NCBI GenBank assembly: GCA_964106645.2
Contig: OZ067039.1
From: Podarcis pityusensis
Taxonomy: Eukaryota
DNA length: 64,000 bases
Reading direction: 5' to 3' (one strand)
In this document: piece after piece, positions 24,201-35,700 of the stretch
Position numbering within the stretch: position 1 is the first letter of the stretch
Layout of the letters: each line of letters opens with the position of its first letter
Program-made: the position numbers and the translations under genes
The notes under the pieces: model-generated
Database searches by the model: none
Seen by the model: only the letters and a program-made list of their open reading frames with translations
What the model was told of the DNA's origin: nothing

Positions 24201-26507
24201 CAGATCCTTTGTTAGGCAGGCTGCATCCACTCCTTATTTCCTCACCCTTTTATTATCGTTGGGTGTTTTAGGGTTCCAAGCCCCCCCCCCCCCCAATATT
24301 TACCACGAGGCCAAGAGCAACATTTGAAAAATGAGAGATATTACTAGAACTGGTGGTCCTAGAGATCACTAGGCCTTGCGTTGAGTTCTTTGCAGCGCAA
24401 GCCTAACCATGTATGCTCAGAAGTAAGTCCCGTTGAATTAAATGACGTTTACTCCCAGGTAATAGTTATGGAGCAGGTGAAAGTGTTCCTGCTACCCTGG
24501 GGTCTCAAACCACTGTAAGTCACAAGAGCCCTGCTAGTATGTCTGGGTGTTGCTATTTTATTTTATTTTTTATTTTTTTATTGCATTGTACTTTGGTATT
24601 TGTATTTACTGTAGCTTTGCTATATTTTCTTTGTAGTAATCATTTCATCACTTTGGGGCCTGTGACCAAAAAGCAGTACAGAAAATAACCAATGATGATG
24701 GCTGGTTTGCAGTCCCACACAGTCTGTGCCTTTCCTTTTCAGGATCTCCTCCACCCCAGATGCTATGCAATTAGGACTTTGACATTGCCACATGTGTTTG
24801 TATGTTTGTTGCCAGGGTGTGGGAAGCAGGAATCCCTTTGCCTCACACTGTTATGATCTGGCTTCAGCTGCCCTCAAAATGGGACTTTCAGTAGGGAGCA
24901 GGGAAGTTGAAAAGCTCAGACACAACAGCCCTTCCTCATTCAGATCCTCTGGACTGTGAAGGAACAGGCTCTCAGGGTACACAAGAAGGGTGCATGTTGT
25001 TGCCAGGGTACATGAAGCAATCATTTGGAGATGGGGGGGGGAGATGGGAAGAAGGGGGGAAAGCAGAGGGCAGAGCCCATTGGGCATTTAGCTCTGTTGG
25101 GATGCTACCTGGTAAGGATAGCTTATCAGGCAACATTGGGGTGAGGTAGTAGGTCAAGTGGGGTGCCCCTGCTACCCTTTAATATACAAGCCTTTCCTCG
25201 ACGTGACTCACTTGTTGAAATGTTTGGCATTTTATATAATAAAACATATATAATTATATATATGTTTTTGGTCATGTATTATTTTTTAGAACGCTGAATT
25301 TACACCCTGGGACACTTCAGTCAAACATCAAATTAGGTAGATTTCCAGGGTGCAAAGGGATTGTTAGCAACTCTGCAAAGGATCATAGCCTTAAGCCCAC
25401 TAATTTCATTAGATCATCTTAACTGTGTGCTGAATTGTGGTTAGGATGTGAATATAAGTAAGGTCCAATTGCTATGTTCTTCTTTGTAAGCATGGCATAT
25501 TAGCTGGATGTAAAGATAGTAATAATCTGGGCACTGAAATGCTGCATTCAGGAAGTCTTGGAAAATAATCTGGTAGTCTTATTTTGCAAAGTATTGTTTG
25601 CAGCATGAGAAAAAGAATGCCTGATTACCTTGATTCTTCCCATTGTATAATATTTCCTTAACTTTCAGCTGTTGCATAGTTTAAGTTTTCAGTATTTGAT
25701 CAACAAATGTCTTCTGTACTCAAGTATTAAATAACTCAAGCGGTTGGCATCCTTACATGTAACTTTGTAACTGGGGCCAAGAATGGAATGCACTAAACTA
25801 TATCACTCTACTAACATCATTCCAAATAATTTTAGAAAATAAAATAGTTCTGTGATTAGGAAATGCTTTACTAGGCAAATATTTAAAAGGGTTAGGTAAC
25901 ATTTGTATTGTTCAGGGCAATTATAAGTAAAATTAATGTGGTTTGGAGTTTCGTGCTTGGTTTCTCCCCTTTCAGAAAAAAAACTGAAAATACAAGGTAA
26001 ATAAGACTTGACTAATTAATGGGATAGGAATAAAGCTTAGTCAGTGTGGCCTTGTGTCAGGGGAACGGCCCATCGCCCATCTGTAGAAAATTCAACATGC
26101 CAATGTGCCACGTTCATCAGAAACATTGTCAGGATATCGGTCATAAGAATCTAGCAACCATGTTCTTCTCTCGTCATTAAACACTCCCTCCATTAAACAC
26201 AAAAAAATGATTGTGGCCTTCCTCCACGATAGAAAGATTGCATCATGGAAACGACTTCTTTCATAAGTCACTTGCTAAGGATGCTTTTTGGTGTACAGTA
26301 AAAGCCAGAATGAATCTTGTTGATTTCATTTTGATAGTATCACAGTTTACCTTGTAAAACCTATTTTCCAACCCCACCCTTTCAGGTAAGGGATGTATTG
26401 GGACTCTCTGAAGCTGAGAATTTACTTCTTGTGACAGAGTTTAATCTAAAAAAATTTTAAAAATTGACACAAGAACTGCATAAATTCAAGCCTACCAGCG
26501 AGTTACT

Positions 26508-26690
26508 TTTATTTTTATTTATTAAATGTCTATACCACCCTTCATCTGAGGATCACTGGGCAGTTTTAAATATTAAAACCACAAAAATACATAACAGTAG
26601 CAACAATAAAAAACCAACCCCCAAAGTTTAAAAGGCTATAGATTGTTTTATTAGCCAAAGGCCTGGGAGAAGAGGAATGTTTTTGCCTCT
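26508..26690 (-). mobile_element. L2-like LINE 3' end (degenerate)
   Basis: tttatttattaaat...taccacccttcat...gatcactgggcagtt...ccaaaggcctgggagaagaggaatgtttt. Confidence 0.55.
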
Positions 26691-28033
26691 AGTGTGCACT
26701 AACAGTCATTATTTGCTACTGTCTTTGTAATAATAGTGTTATGAGTTGTGGGTACAAGATTCCCCTAAATTCTTGGGTCTGATAAGTGTTAGAATTTAAT
26801 CAGTGTTTGGGGTGTTAAATTTGGTCGCCAGTCACAAAATTTAGCAAAGTTAAAATACTGGCCAAACTAGCTTCCTATTTTCAGGAAATCTTACCATTAA
26901 CCAAAGGGAAGGTAATGGGCCATTAGGAAAGCCAGACAGAGGGCACTTTTTGCCAGTCAGAAAATGGGAGGGGTCCGTTACTCAACCCAGATTTAGTTTG
27001 GAAGACAAAGGAGAGTTTTGAGGTAGAGTTTTAGAAGTGACTTTAGGATTGGGTTTTTGCAGTGATGCTGCAGTCTGTGAAATGCAGCAAGTTGGAGAGA
27101 GGGTCAGAGCCATGTTTGAGAGCATGTTGGATTTCTGTTTGAATCCAAGGCTGCAGCTATGGAGGAAGCTAGATCCTCTTGGAGTGTGATTATGAGAATC
27201 TTTCCATTGTAGTCCAGGTTGTATATATGTGTAAATAAACCATATATCATAAAGACACTACAGCCTCTGCCAACCCTCATTTCCTGAATGAAACATGAAC
27301 TCTGGGTAAGCACCTAGAAACCTCTGGAATCTTGCACCACTCAGAGATTGGGGTAGTGTGCAACAATACATATGTATATGCTTACCTTCAAACTGGCGTT
27401 AGATCACAATTTGGATGGCAGATGCAGAACATGAGGTGCGTTTACATTCCATTCCATATATCTATAAAAAGGAGGCTGGGCTGGAACACTGTAGAGTCCA
27501 TGGACTGTCATCCTCCCAACTGCTAACCGTTGTTTCTAGGAGGGAAACGCAGCACAATGTATCTATTGCATTTAAATTATAAATCAAAACACAGCATAGG
27601 CACAGGGATTTGGCAAACACTGAGGTACATTCGATTAGCAGAGCCTGCAAAATTGCTTTGAGCCCACAACTGAGGTGTAGAGCAGGTTGGTGTGAAAATG
27701 GTCTTCCAAGTCAAATCCTGCTGATGCAGAGGTTCCCCACCACTGTACTTTCTCCAGAAAACATGGACAAAATATTACTAGAAACCACCCTCCCTGAAAA
27801 AGTATTTCCCAGACAGGAATATAATCAGACTTAGCACCATGCTTATTATACTTCTATTGATACATATATTAGAAGAGAGTGGAGAATTCACGTCATTGTA
27901 GAAGTGAAGGCTGACATTACTTTACAAGAAGATAATGGGTGGCAGTCATTACTTGATGAAGACATAAAAAGCTTTTATACTTTTCTGTGTAATGCCATGA
28001 CTCCGAGGAAGGAACTAATGCATTAACACTACT

Positions 28034-28178
28034 AGGTATCTGAAGAAGTGTGGATGCACACGAAAGCTTATACGTACCAAGAACAAACTTAGTTGGTCTC
28101 TTAAGGTGCTACTGGACAATTTTTTTATTTTTTATATATATTTCGACTGCGTCAGACCAACACGGCTACCTACCTGAA
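28034..28178 (+). mobile_element. Penelope-like element terminal-repeat fragment carrying a hammerhead motif
   Basis: ctgaagaagtg...cacgaaagctt...gttggtctcttaaggtgctactggac...cagaccaacacggctacc, typical of sauropsid PLE remnants. Confidence 0.75.
28036..28073 (+). ncRNA. Minimal type-I hammerhead ribozyme motif
   Basis: GTAT-CTGAAGA-A-GTGTG(gatg)CACAC-GAAA-GC-TT-ATAC: conserved core, 5-bp stem II, 4-bp stem I, palindromic AGCT stem III. Confidence 0.65.
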
Positions 28179-29046
28179 ACTATTATAATGATTTATGTTA
28201 ATTTATAATATAAATACTAGATTGAGGCACATGTTTAACTACATCATAGTGGCTGAATTCTTTCAACAAATGATATGATTAATTAATTGGTTAAAAAAAG
28301 ACCGCAGATGTGTAGTATCTTGGTTTTTGTTTTAAATATAATGAAAATAAAAGCCACTCGATAGCACTTTTGACATGCTTGTTTATATTTATTTATTTTT
28401 CAGCAAAAAAAGAGTAGAATGTGGTGGAGTGCCCTTATATTTGAAAACCTGAATCCTCTGGCTGATGGGGGAATCTATCACTGTCATGTTGGTGCCACTG
28501 TATGAGGAGTGGGCAGAAAAAAGTTTTCAACTTTGTTTCAGCTTATTGGAGGGGAGAAAATAACTTTTAACTCATTGAAGATTCTATATGATGAACATTT
28601 CAACGTATACCAACAGGCAAGTCCCAAAGCCTGCACTCCCAAAATAATATAGTGTATGTAACAGGGAGTAAGTAGGTATTTCTAAAGGTTTCTTAAAAGA
28701 TATTGTAGAATGATTTGAAAGTGACTGTTTTGCCTGCAGAATGCAAAATAACTCATAAGCAACCATACTCTCAACATTTAGATAACTATCTAAAAGAAAT
28801 ACAGTACATTCAAACACCACAGTCTATAAAACAAGCAGCAACAAGAACACGCCCCCCCCGCCCACGCCCAAGCCCAAACACGCTGAATCTGGCTGGTGGT
28901 GGTTATTCGACGGCGAAGAAAGCTCACTCTGCACATCCTCAGAGATACCCTAATATTTGTTCGTCGCGCAGAATTACTGTGGGTCAGGTCTTGCACTGAA
29001 AATAGACACTGGCGAGCTCGGTTGCAACGACCTGATACAGAATAGA

Positions 29047-29166
29047 CAGGCTTCCTCAACCTTGGCTCTCCAGATGTTTTGAGACTACAATTCCCATCAT
29101 CCCTGACCACTGGTCCTGCTAGCTAGGGATCATGGTAGTTGTAGGCCAAAAACATCTGGAGGGCTG
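29047..29166. mobile_element. hAT MITE (136-bp family), right TIR truncated, abutting the SEC24A CpG island
   Basis: Near-identical to 213-348; GAATAGA repeated on both flanks. Confidence 0.85.
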
Positions 29167-29169
29167 GAA

Positions 29170-29720
29170 TAGAAGAACAAGCAAAAGTCCGGGGCAGCGC
29201 GCTCGCCGTCCTGTCCCTTTAAGCACCCCCGCCTCCCTCTCTCCCGCGCCGCTGCTCTTCAGCCATAAGCCCCGCCCACGACCCCTCTCGCTCCCTCTGT
29301 CCCCGGAAGTGCCACGTGTACGGAGTGCGCTTGCGCGGCTGCGTCCGGTTCCTTCCGGTGTGAGGAGGGTGAGCGCCTCCCCGCCCTCCCACTCTGGGCT
29401 TGGCGCTGGGGCCGGGCGCGCAGTCACGGGAGCCCGCGCACCGACGACCCTCCTGCCGCCGCCGCCGCCACCACCATGGCCCAGCCAGGGAGACCCGCCG
29501 CCTACAGCAGCCAGAACGGGGCTGGGCAGCCGCAGCAGCAGCAGCCGTACAGCAACGGTGAGGGAGGCCCGGCCGCGTCCGGGTGGGGTCGGGTAGGGGC
29601 AGCGCACGGACTGCGCGGAGGACCCCAACATGCCGGCGCTGACGCCCGTCTTGTGCCTGGAAGGGCCCTTGGGACGGGGCGCGAGGCGAGTGAGCGCCAC
29701 CAGCAAAGGCAGGGAGGGGT
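29170..29720. promoter_or_regulatory. CpG island / SEC24A promoter with ETS, CREB3-family/E-box and NRF1-like motifs
   Basis: CpG-rich; CCGGAAGT 29303-29310, GCCACGTGT 29311-29319, TGCGCTTGCGC 29326-29336, GC boxes; strong Kozak context GCCGCCACCACCATGG at 29476. Confidence 0.82.
29476..29557 (+). CDS. SEC24A: SEC24A exon 1 coding ([28 protein letters not shown])
   Basis: Kozak ATG, G|gtgagg donor, 82 nt. Confidence 0.9.
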
Positions 29721-32700
29721 GTGCGTGTTTGTCTAGATGTGTCTAATGAGGAGCCCTGGGTTTTCCTTCTCGTTTGTTAGCCCGCCTTACTGCTAGAAAT
29801 AAGGGCTAGACGACTCACACGGCTTTGGGAGCCTGGGAGGGTTTCTACTTCTTAACCCTGACCCAGACCTTTCAGGCTTCGTTTCCTGACCGGCTCCTTA
29901 AGTCGCAGTCACGGCTTCTCTAGTAGCGAGTGACTAATGGGGAAGTGCTTTGAGCAGTAGCACTCTTCTTATTATTGTTCAGGCTTGATTTGATATCCGG
30001 TTTTGGCTTCATGGCAGACCTTAGTGTTTTCCTGCTGGGAGGCTTGTGAATGGCGTGGGTTCGGAGCCCTGGTGGCACCCTTAAAAGCGAAACGTTCCTT
30101 GCCGGAATATTCGCGTACCTTAATACAGAACAAAAGGAGAAAGTGTCGAGTGACTGCTCTGTACAGCCAGCTGCTCATGTAACCTGTTAAAGGTAGTTTC
30201 TCGATTTCACAATCACTTGATCGATGATAAGTTGCGTCTTCGGAATAACCGCCCCACAGTTTTTTGGAAGAATGAAGGGCTTGAAGAACACAAACTAAAG
30301 CTACTACCACACTGCATGCAGTGTGGTAGTAGCTTTAGTTTGTGTTCTTCATCTGCTACAAAGAATCTAGGTCGATCATGACCAAGAACTGCTGGTGTGA
30401 GTATTTGGATACAAGGTATAACATCGAATCTCTTTTATCTGACTGATTGCTCAAGTCTTCTTTTACTGTGGAACATAACTATAATCTGAGACTGGGTTGA
30501 TACATGTCTGAACTATGCCCCTTCACCCACAGGTACACCTGCAGATGTTTCTGGGTTAAGCAACACAATTCATAACCTTTAGATCTGGTCCACTGTGCAT
30601 TTATGCGGTTGGATGGGGCTGATAGAAAGCAATTGCTAAATATCTTTAAATTGTACTTGCTGGAAAACATAGGAGGGGAGAGTGCTCTTGTGCTTGAATC
30701 CTGTTTGCTGGTTTCTCACAGGCAATCACTGTGAGAACAGGATGCTAGACTAGATGGGTCTTTGGCCTGATCCAGCAGGCTCTTCTTATGCACCCCAGTT
30801 TCAGGATTTCTGTTGTCTGAAATACACTTTTCTTACTGATTTCACCAGTCCTTAGCAATTACAGGATTTATAGGAATGACCACAGGACTTCATTATTTGG
30901 AATAATAAAATGCTATAGCATTGGAAGTATGTTCTTCCATATCCCTCCTCTTCCTGTTGCATGCTAGCTATAGCAAAAACATTCTGTCTTCTGTTAAGCC
31001 AGAGTTCCCATTACATACCAACTGGGAAACGCTAACTTAATGTCAGTCATCCTGGTTTGCTAGCAAACATCAAACCAAGGAATTATTGCTGAGACGTGTC
31101 GTGCCTAGAGTTTTGTAAACCATGGCATATAAAGCTCTGGACAATGCTGCCCATATGTCCCAATGCTGCCTCTATGTAGCAGCAGAGTGCTGCACGTTAA
31201 GTTCACATAAAATCAAGTTGCTCACTCTTGCTCATATTTCTAAACACTATCTGAAATCTGTGTAGCACCTTAAAAAGGAACATTTCTTGTTTTGGAATCA
31301 AATGAGGAAATAAGGTTACAGATTCAGTGTGGCATTTTGGAATATCTTCACTTAGCTGAAATATCCTTGAGGCCTCAGTCACCATTTTGAACTTGGTTTG
31401 CCTATGTGGCACTATGTTTATGTGGTGGTGGGAAGATCTTTATCCCTGAAGTACGGCTCCTACACTTAAATAGCTGCAGATTTATACTTGAATATCTGCA
31501 GTTGAAATGGCTAGCTTTAAAAGATTGTTGTTTTATAAAATCATCATTTAATTATTTGTCTCATAAGAGATTCTAAATAAAGTTTGGATACATGAATGTG
31601 GCTTGTGTTTTGCCAACATCATGAATGGCTCATATAGCATAAAGACAGCCCTTCTTCTGAACAACTTGTACTCTAAATAGAACAATCTACAAGCAGAGAG
31701 TAGGCTGTCAAAAAAGTGCTTCTGTTAAAAATGCACAGTTCTGAACAAATGAATTTAATCATATGTAAGTATAGATGGAATAAAGAAGTAAGTTTAGAAC
31801 AAGCTGAAACAAGGAAACCAGTGGCCTGGATCAGACATAATGGGAAACATAACGAGCTACTCCTGCCCTTCATTTATTTATTTATATGCATAATGGGAGG
31901 AGATTTGTTTAGCAGAAAATCAAGGTTTCTAATTATGCCTAGAGAGGCCCTGAGGCCACTGGAATATGTGAGGGAAAGGAGCAAAATAGCAGGCTAGTGT
32001 GATGCTTCCCAATAACGGGAGAGTTCTTTGCTTATGGAATTAGGAATTGGTTTGGCCACCTCATAAGATGAGAAGACTCTCTAGAAAAGACCCTGATGTT
32101 GAGAAAGATTGAGGGCACAAGGAGAAGGGGACGACAGAGGACGAGATGGTTGGACAGTGTTCTCGAAGCTACGAACATGAGTTTGACCAAACTGCGGGAG
32201 GCAGTGGAAGACAGGAGTGCCTGGCATGCTCAGATCCATGGGGTCATGAAGAGTCAGACACGACTAAACGACTAAACAGCAACAACATCTTAAAGGAACT
32301 TTTTGGCAGAGTAAATAAATACCCATCCTTTACACATGTCAGGCGTACCGCTGGCCCACATCCCTTTAACACCCATACCACTACTGTGCAAGGCCAGCAG
32401 CATAGCCCCAGTCATTATGTGAGCTGATGTTGTGGTTTGCTGTCTGGAAGGCCATGTTTAATTGTCTGAATAGGACCCAAAAATCTAAAGACTGTGTGTA
32501 AGGATGAATGTAGATGTAGAACTTACCAGGTCAGTTTGTGAGCTTCTGAGCAGACCTGAGATTCCAGCAAAACGTGCCTGTTCCGGCCTTACATGACACA
32601 CGTATTTATTCCTCCACATCCTTTATACTCTAGTGATTCATTTCATTCCCAGAGAATTCTCATTGGACTTACCCTTGATACTTTGCATCTCTTGATGTTC

Positions 32701-35700
32701 TTACTTCGGCTGTTCTCATTTATTCTCATGACTCCTGGGACAACATATTCTAGCAGTGGGAAACCTCCAGCCTGTGGGCCTAATTAAGCCTGGCATGAGT
32801 CCCAACTTGGTTTTTGAGGCCTTTATCCACAAAACACACCCACTTGCCCCACATCTCATGCAATTAGTGGTATCAGGTGTGAGGCAGGTATGGATTTGGC
32901 TACAAAGGAAAAAATGTGGGCTGAGGTTCTGATCATTCTTTTGGAAGTGGTGCTCCCTGCCAGTGCCAATTGATAGCTACTGGCAGGGAGTCCCATTCCG
33001 ACTGGCTGTACTAGGGAGTTCTTTGATCAAAATAGTGTAGTTGAGCGGGACTAACTTTATCTGTTTGGAGCAAGCTTTGAATTCAGACCACTTCTTCCAA
33101 ATGGTGCATTGATCCTTCTGCAGATGCATGCAGAGGGGGAAATGCAGTTTGGAGGAACAGTTATAGCAAACCCCTTTGAAGATGTGCTTCTCATCTGTAA
33201 CCTGATATTATGACAGGTAGGTGGTCTCTCTCCTGTCAAAGTAACCCTGCCCGGGTGGGTGGGGAATTGGGGATCCATCATGATGAATGCCCAGTTCCCC
33301 ACACCTGTCTTATACTGATACCAATCCTGTATCTTGATTTGAATTTTGTAATTTTGCTGTCTAGTATTGTTTTGATTCATTTATTTTATTTATTATACTT
33401 TTGCGGTACAGTCAAACCTCAGTTGACGAATGTAATCCATTCCAGAAGACCGTTCAACTTCCAAAATGTTTCACAACCGAGGCACAGCTTCCGATTGGTT
33501 GCAAGAACTTTTTGCATTCAAGCGGAAGCCACGTCATATGTTCTATTTCCAAAAAACATTCAAATACCGGAGCATTTACTTCTGAGTTTTTGGCATTTGG
33601 GAACCGATATGTTCCAAAGAGGAGGCATTCGGGAACCAAGCGTTGACTGTATATTTGTTTTGTATTGGGAAGTATTTTTGTTTCTCCTGTGAGCCACTTT
33701 GAGCTCAAGTTGGTTGCTGGGGAAATGACATACAAATATTAAACAAAATCATTTTAAAAATCTGCCCGATCGCTTACCCTAAGTATTACAAGGATATCTG
33801 GATATTCTCCAGAACGCATCTGGCTTGATTCAGATCTTCTTAACAAAGAATGCTTACAACACTTGTATATAATAGAAGAGTGGCAAGCTCTAAAGAATGG
33901 AAGAGCAGAATTCAGCTTTGAACTCCAGCTTTGAAATGTATACAGGTGCAATTCTATTCTGGTATACCCCTGTTCATAGCACCCATACGTTTGGTCCTTC
34001 CACAGGTAATTTTGTCTTATGGCAACTTCACATACTCTGTGTCATTTGATTACTTTTCAAAATTACCGTATTTTTCACTCTATAACACGCACCCGACCAT
34101 AACACGTACATAGTTTTTAGAGAAGGAAAACAAGAAAAAAAATATTCTAAACGAAACAGTGGATGTATGATTTTTGTGGTTCATGCTGTGGCCACAGACA
34201 TGTGATCTGATGGTGAATTTGGGGTAGCCCAATGCAAAAATCCTGAGGATCCATGCTTTGTAACCACGTTTTTGCACCACTGTGGCCCCAGGCAGCAGTG
34301 GGTGCGTGATTTATTTGGTGCAAGCTGTAGCCATGGACATGCTATGTGATCTGATGGTGAATTTGGGGTGACCCAGTGCAAAAATCCTGAGGATCCATGT
34401 AGATCCATGCTTTGTAACCAGGCTCTCTGTCCCTCTCTCCTCCTCACTCAGCGGCTCTTCTCCCGCTTTGCTGTTTCAAAGCGAGCCACGGAGGAGGGAA
34501 GGAAGGGGAACCATGGATCCTCTGCTCACGACTGCAGCAGACCCCCCTGCCATCCGTAGGCATTCGCTCCATAACACGCACAAACATTTCCCCTTACTTT
34601 CTAGGAGGAAAAAAGTGAGTGTTATGGAGCAAAAAATACGGTATGTGGATTGCAGTTCCCTTACAGTCCTGTCCTGGAACAACGGCAGGATATTAGCTGG
34701 GGATGGGAAGGGAAAGCGCATTCCTAAATTTACTGATCTTCATGAAATCTGGCTTGAGGAATTAGAAATCAATGAGAGCTCACTTGGCTGTTCAAAAGAG
34801 TGGGATCTTGCTGCTTTCTGAAAAACAGGAAGTACAGATCAGTTGGAGAATTGACTGAATTGATGAGTTGTCATCTTGAAACTGAAAATCAAATATGAAA
34901 GAGTATCTTAGACTACTTATGTTTGGCAGTTACACTATACATAGAACACACACCTTAAAAATTATATTGGCTACCAAATTATTTTAATGGCTAGGACATC
35001 TGCATGCATGGGGAATGATTTCCCCCGTAAAAATTATGCTGTGTGATAGGTATTATTTAATATCTATATTCCACAATATAGATTTGATTTGTACTTGTTC
35101 AGATTATACACAAAAATCTGCCCACTACTGTTGAGCAGAGCTTTTACTGAGGTAAGCATTGGGGAGGGGGTGGAGAGAGGGCATGGTGTTTGCCACCTTA
35201 TTCTGGCTGTCGGTGACAGTTGGAAGCAACACGATTCCTTACTACATCCAAAACCCAGCATAGATGAGAGATTTTCCCAAAGCCCTTTCCTTCTCCAGAG
35301 AAGGATGAGGAGAGTTCCTGCCATAATAACGAACATGCTTTCTAGTAGCAATGACATTGTGGACCTTTGATTCCAGTCCTTCCCATGAAAGGAGGCAAAC
35401 TTGGCCCTGCAGTCACATTAAGATTCAGAGGCCCATGAAACCTCAGCAAAATATATTTTAGAGACACTGCCAGCCTTCTGAATGATGGCTAGTCAAAATG
35501 TCTGTACCCTTGGGGGAAAGCTCTGTAAAAATTACTCTGTACTGGTCAGATTATCACTTGTTGTAATTAGTTATTTACTCTGTTACCTATCTAAAACTAG
35601 GTCCCTCACACCCATTTTTCGGATCGCACCATCACAGAGACCCAGGGTGCAGTGGTGGTAAAATAGAAGATGTGGAACTTATTTCTCATGGATCTTAGCA

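Noticed and set aside
23388-24327. 100-150 aa ORFs at the SAR1B CpG island
   Set aside because: Low-complexity Pro/Arg/Gly translations in several frames, typical CpG-island artefacts
27953-27980. TTGATGA...AAAAGCTT as dimer partner for the 28036 hammerhead
   Set aside because: Lacks C3, G12 and a stem II
29119-29706. 195-aa antisense and 154-aa sense ORFs over SEC24A exon 1
   Set aside because: CpG-island artefacts, partly within a MITE; only 29476-29557 matches SEC24A
30322-30346. let-7-like look of the palindrome arm (TGTGGTAGTAG...TTTGTG)
   Set aside because: Seed differs from GAGGTAG, needs an insertion to align, and the perfect hairpin is unlike let-7 precursors
35103-35151. 49-nt poison exon in SEC24A intron 1 (ttcag|...GAG|gtaagc)
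   Set aside because: Modest pyrimidine tract; such pseudo-exons are common and nothing else supports it
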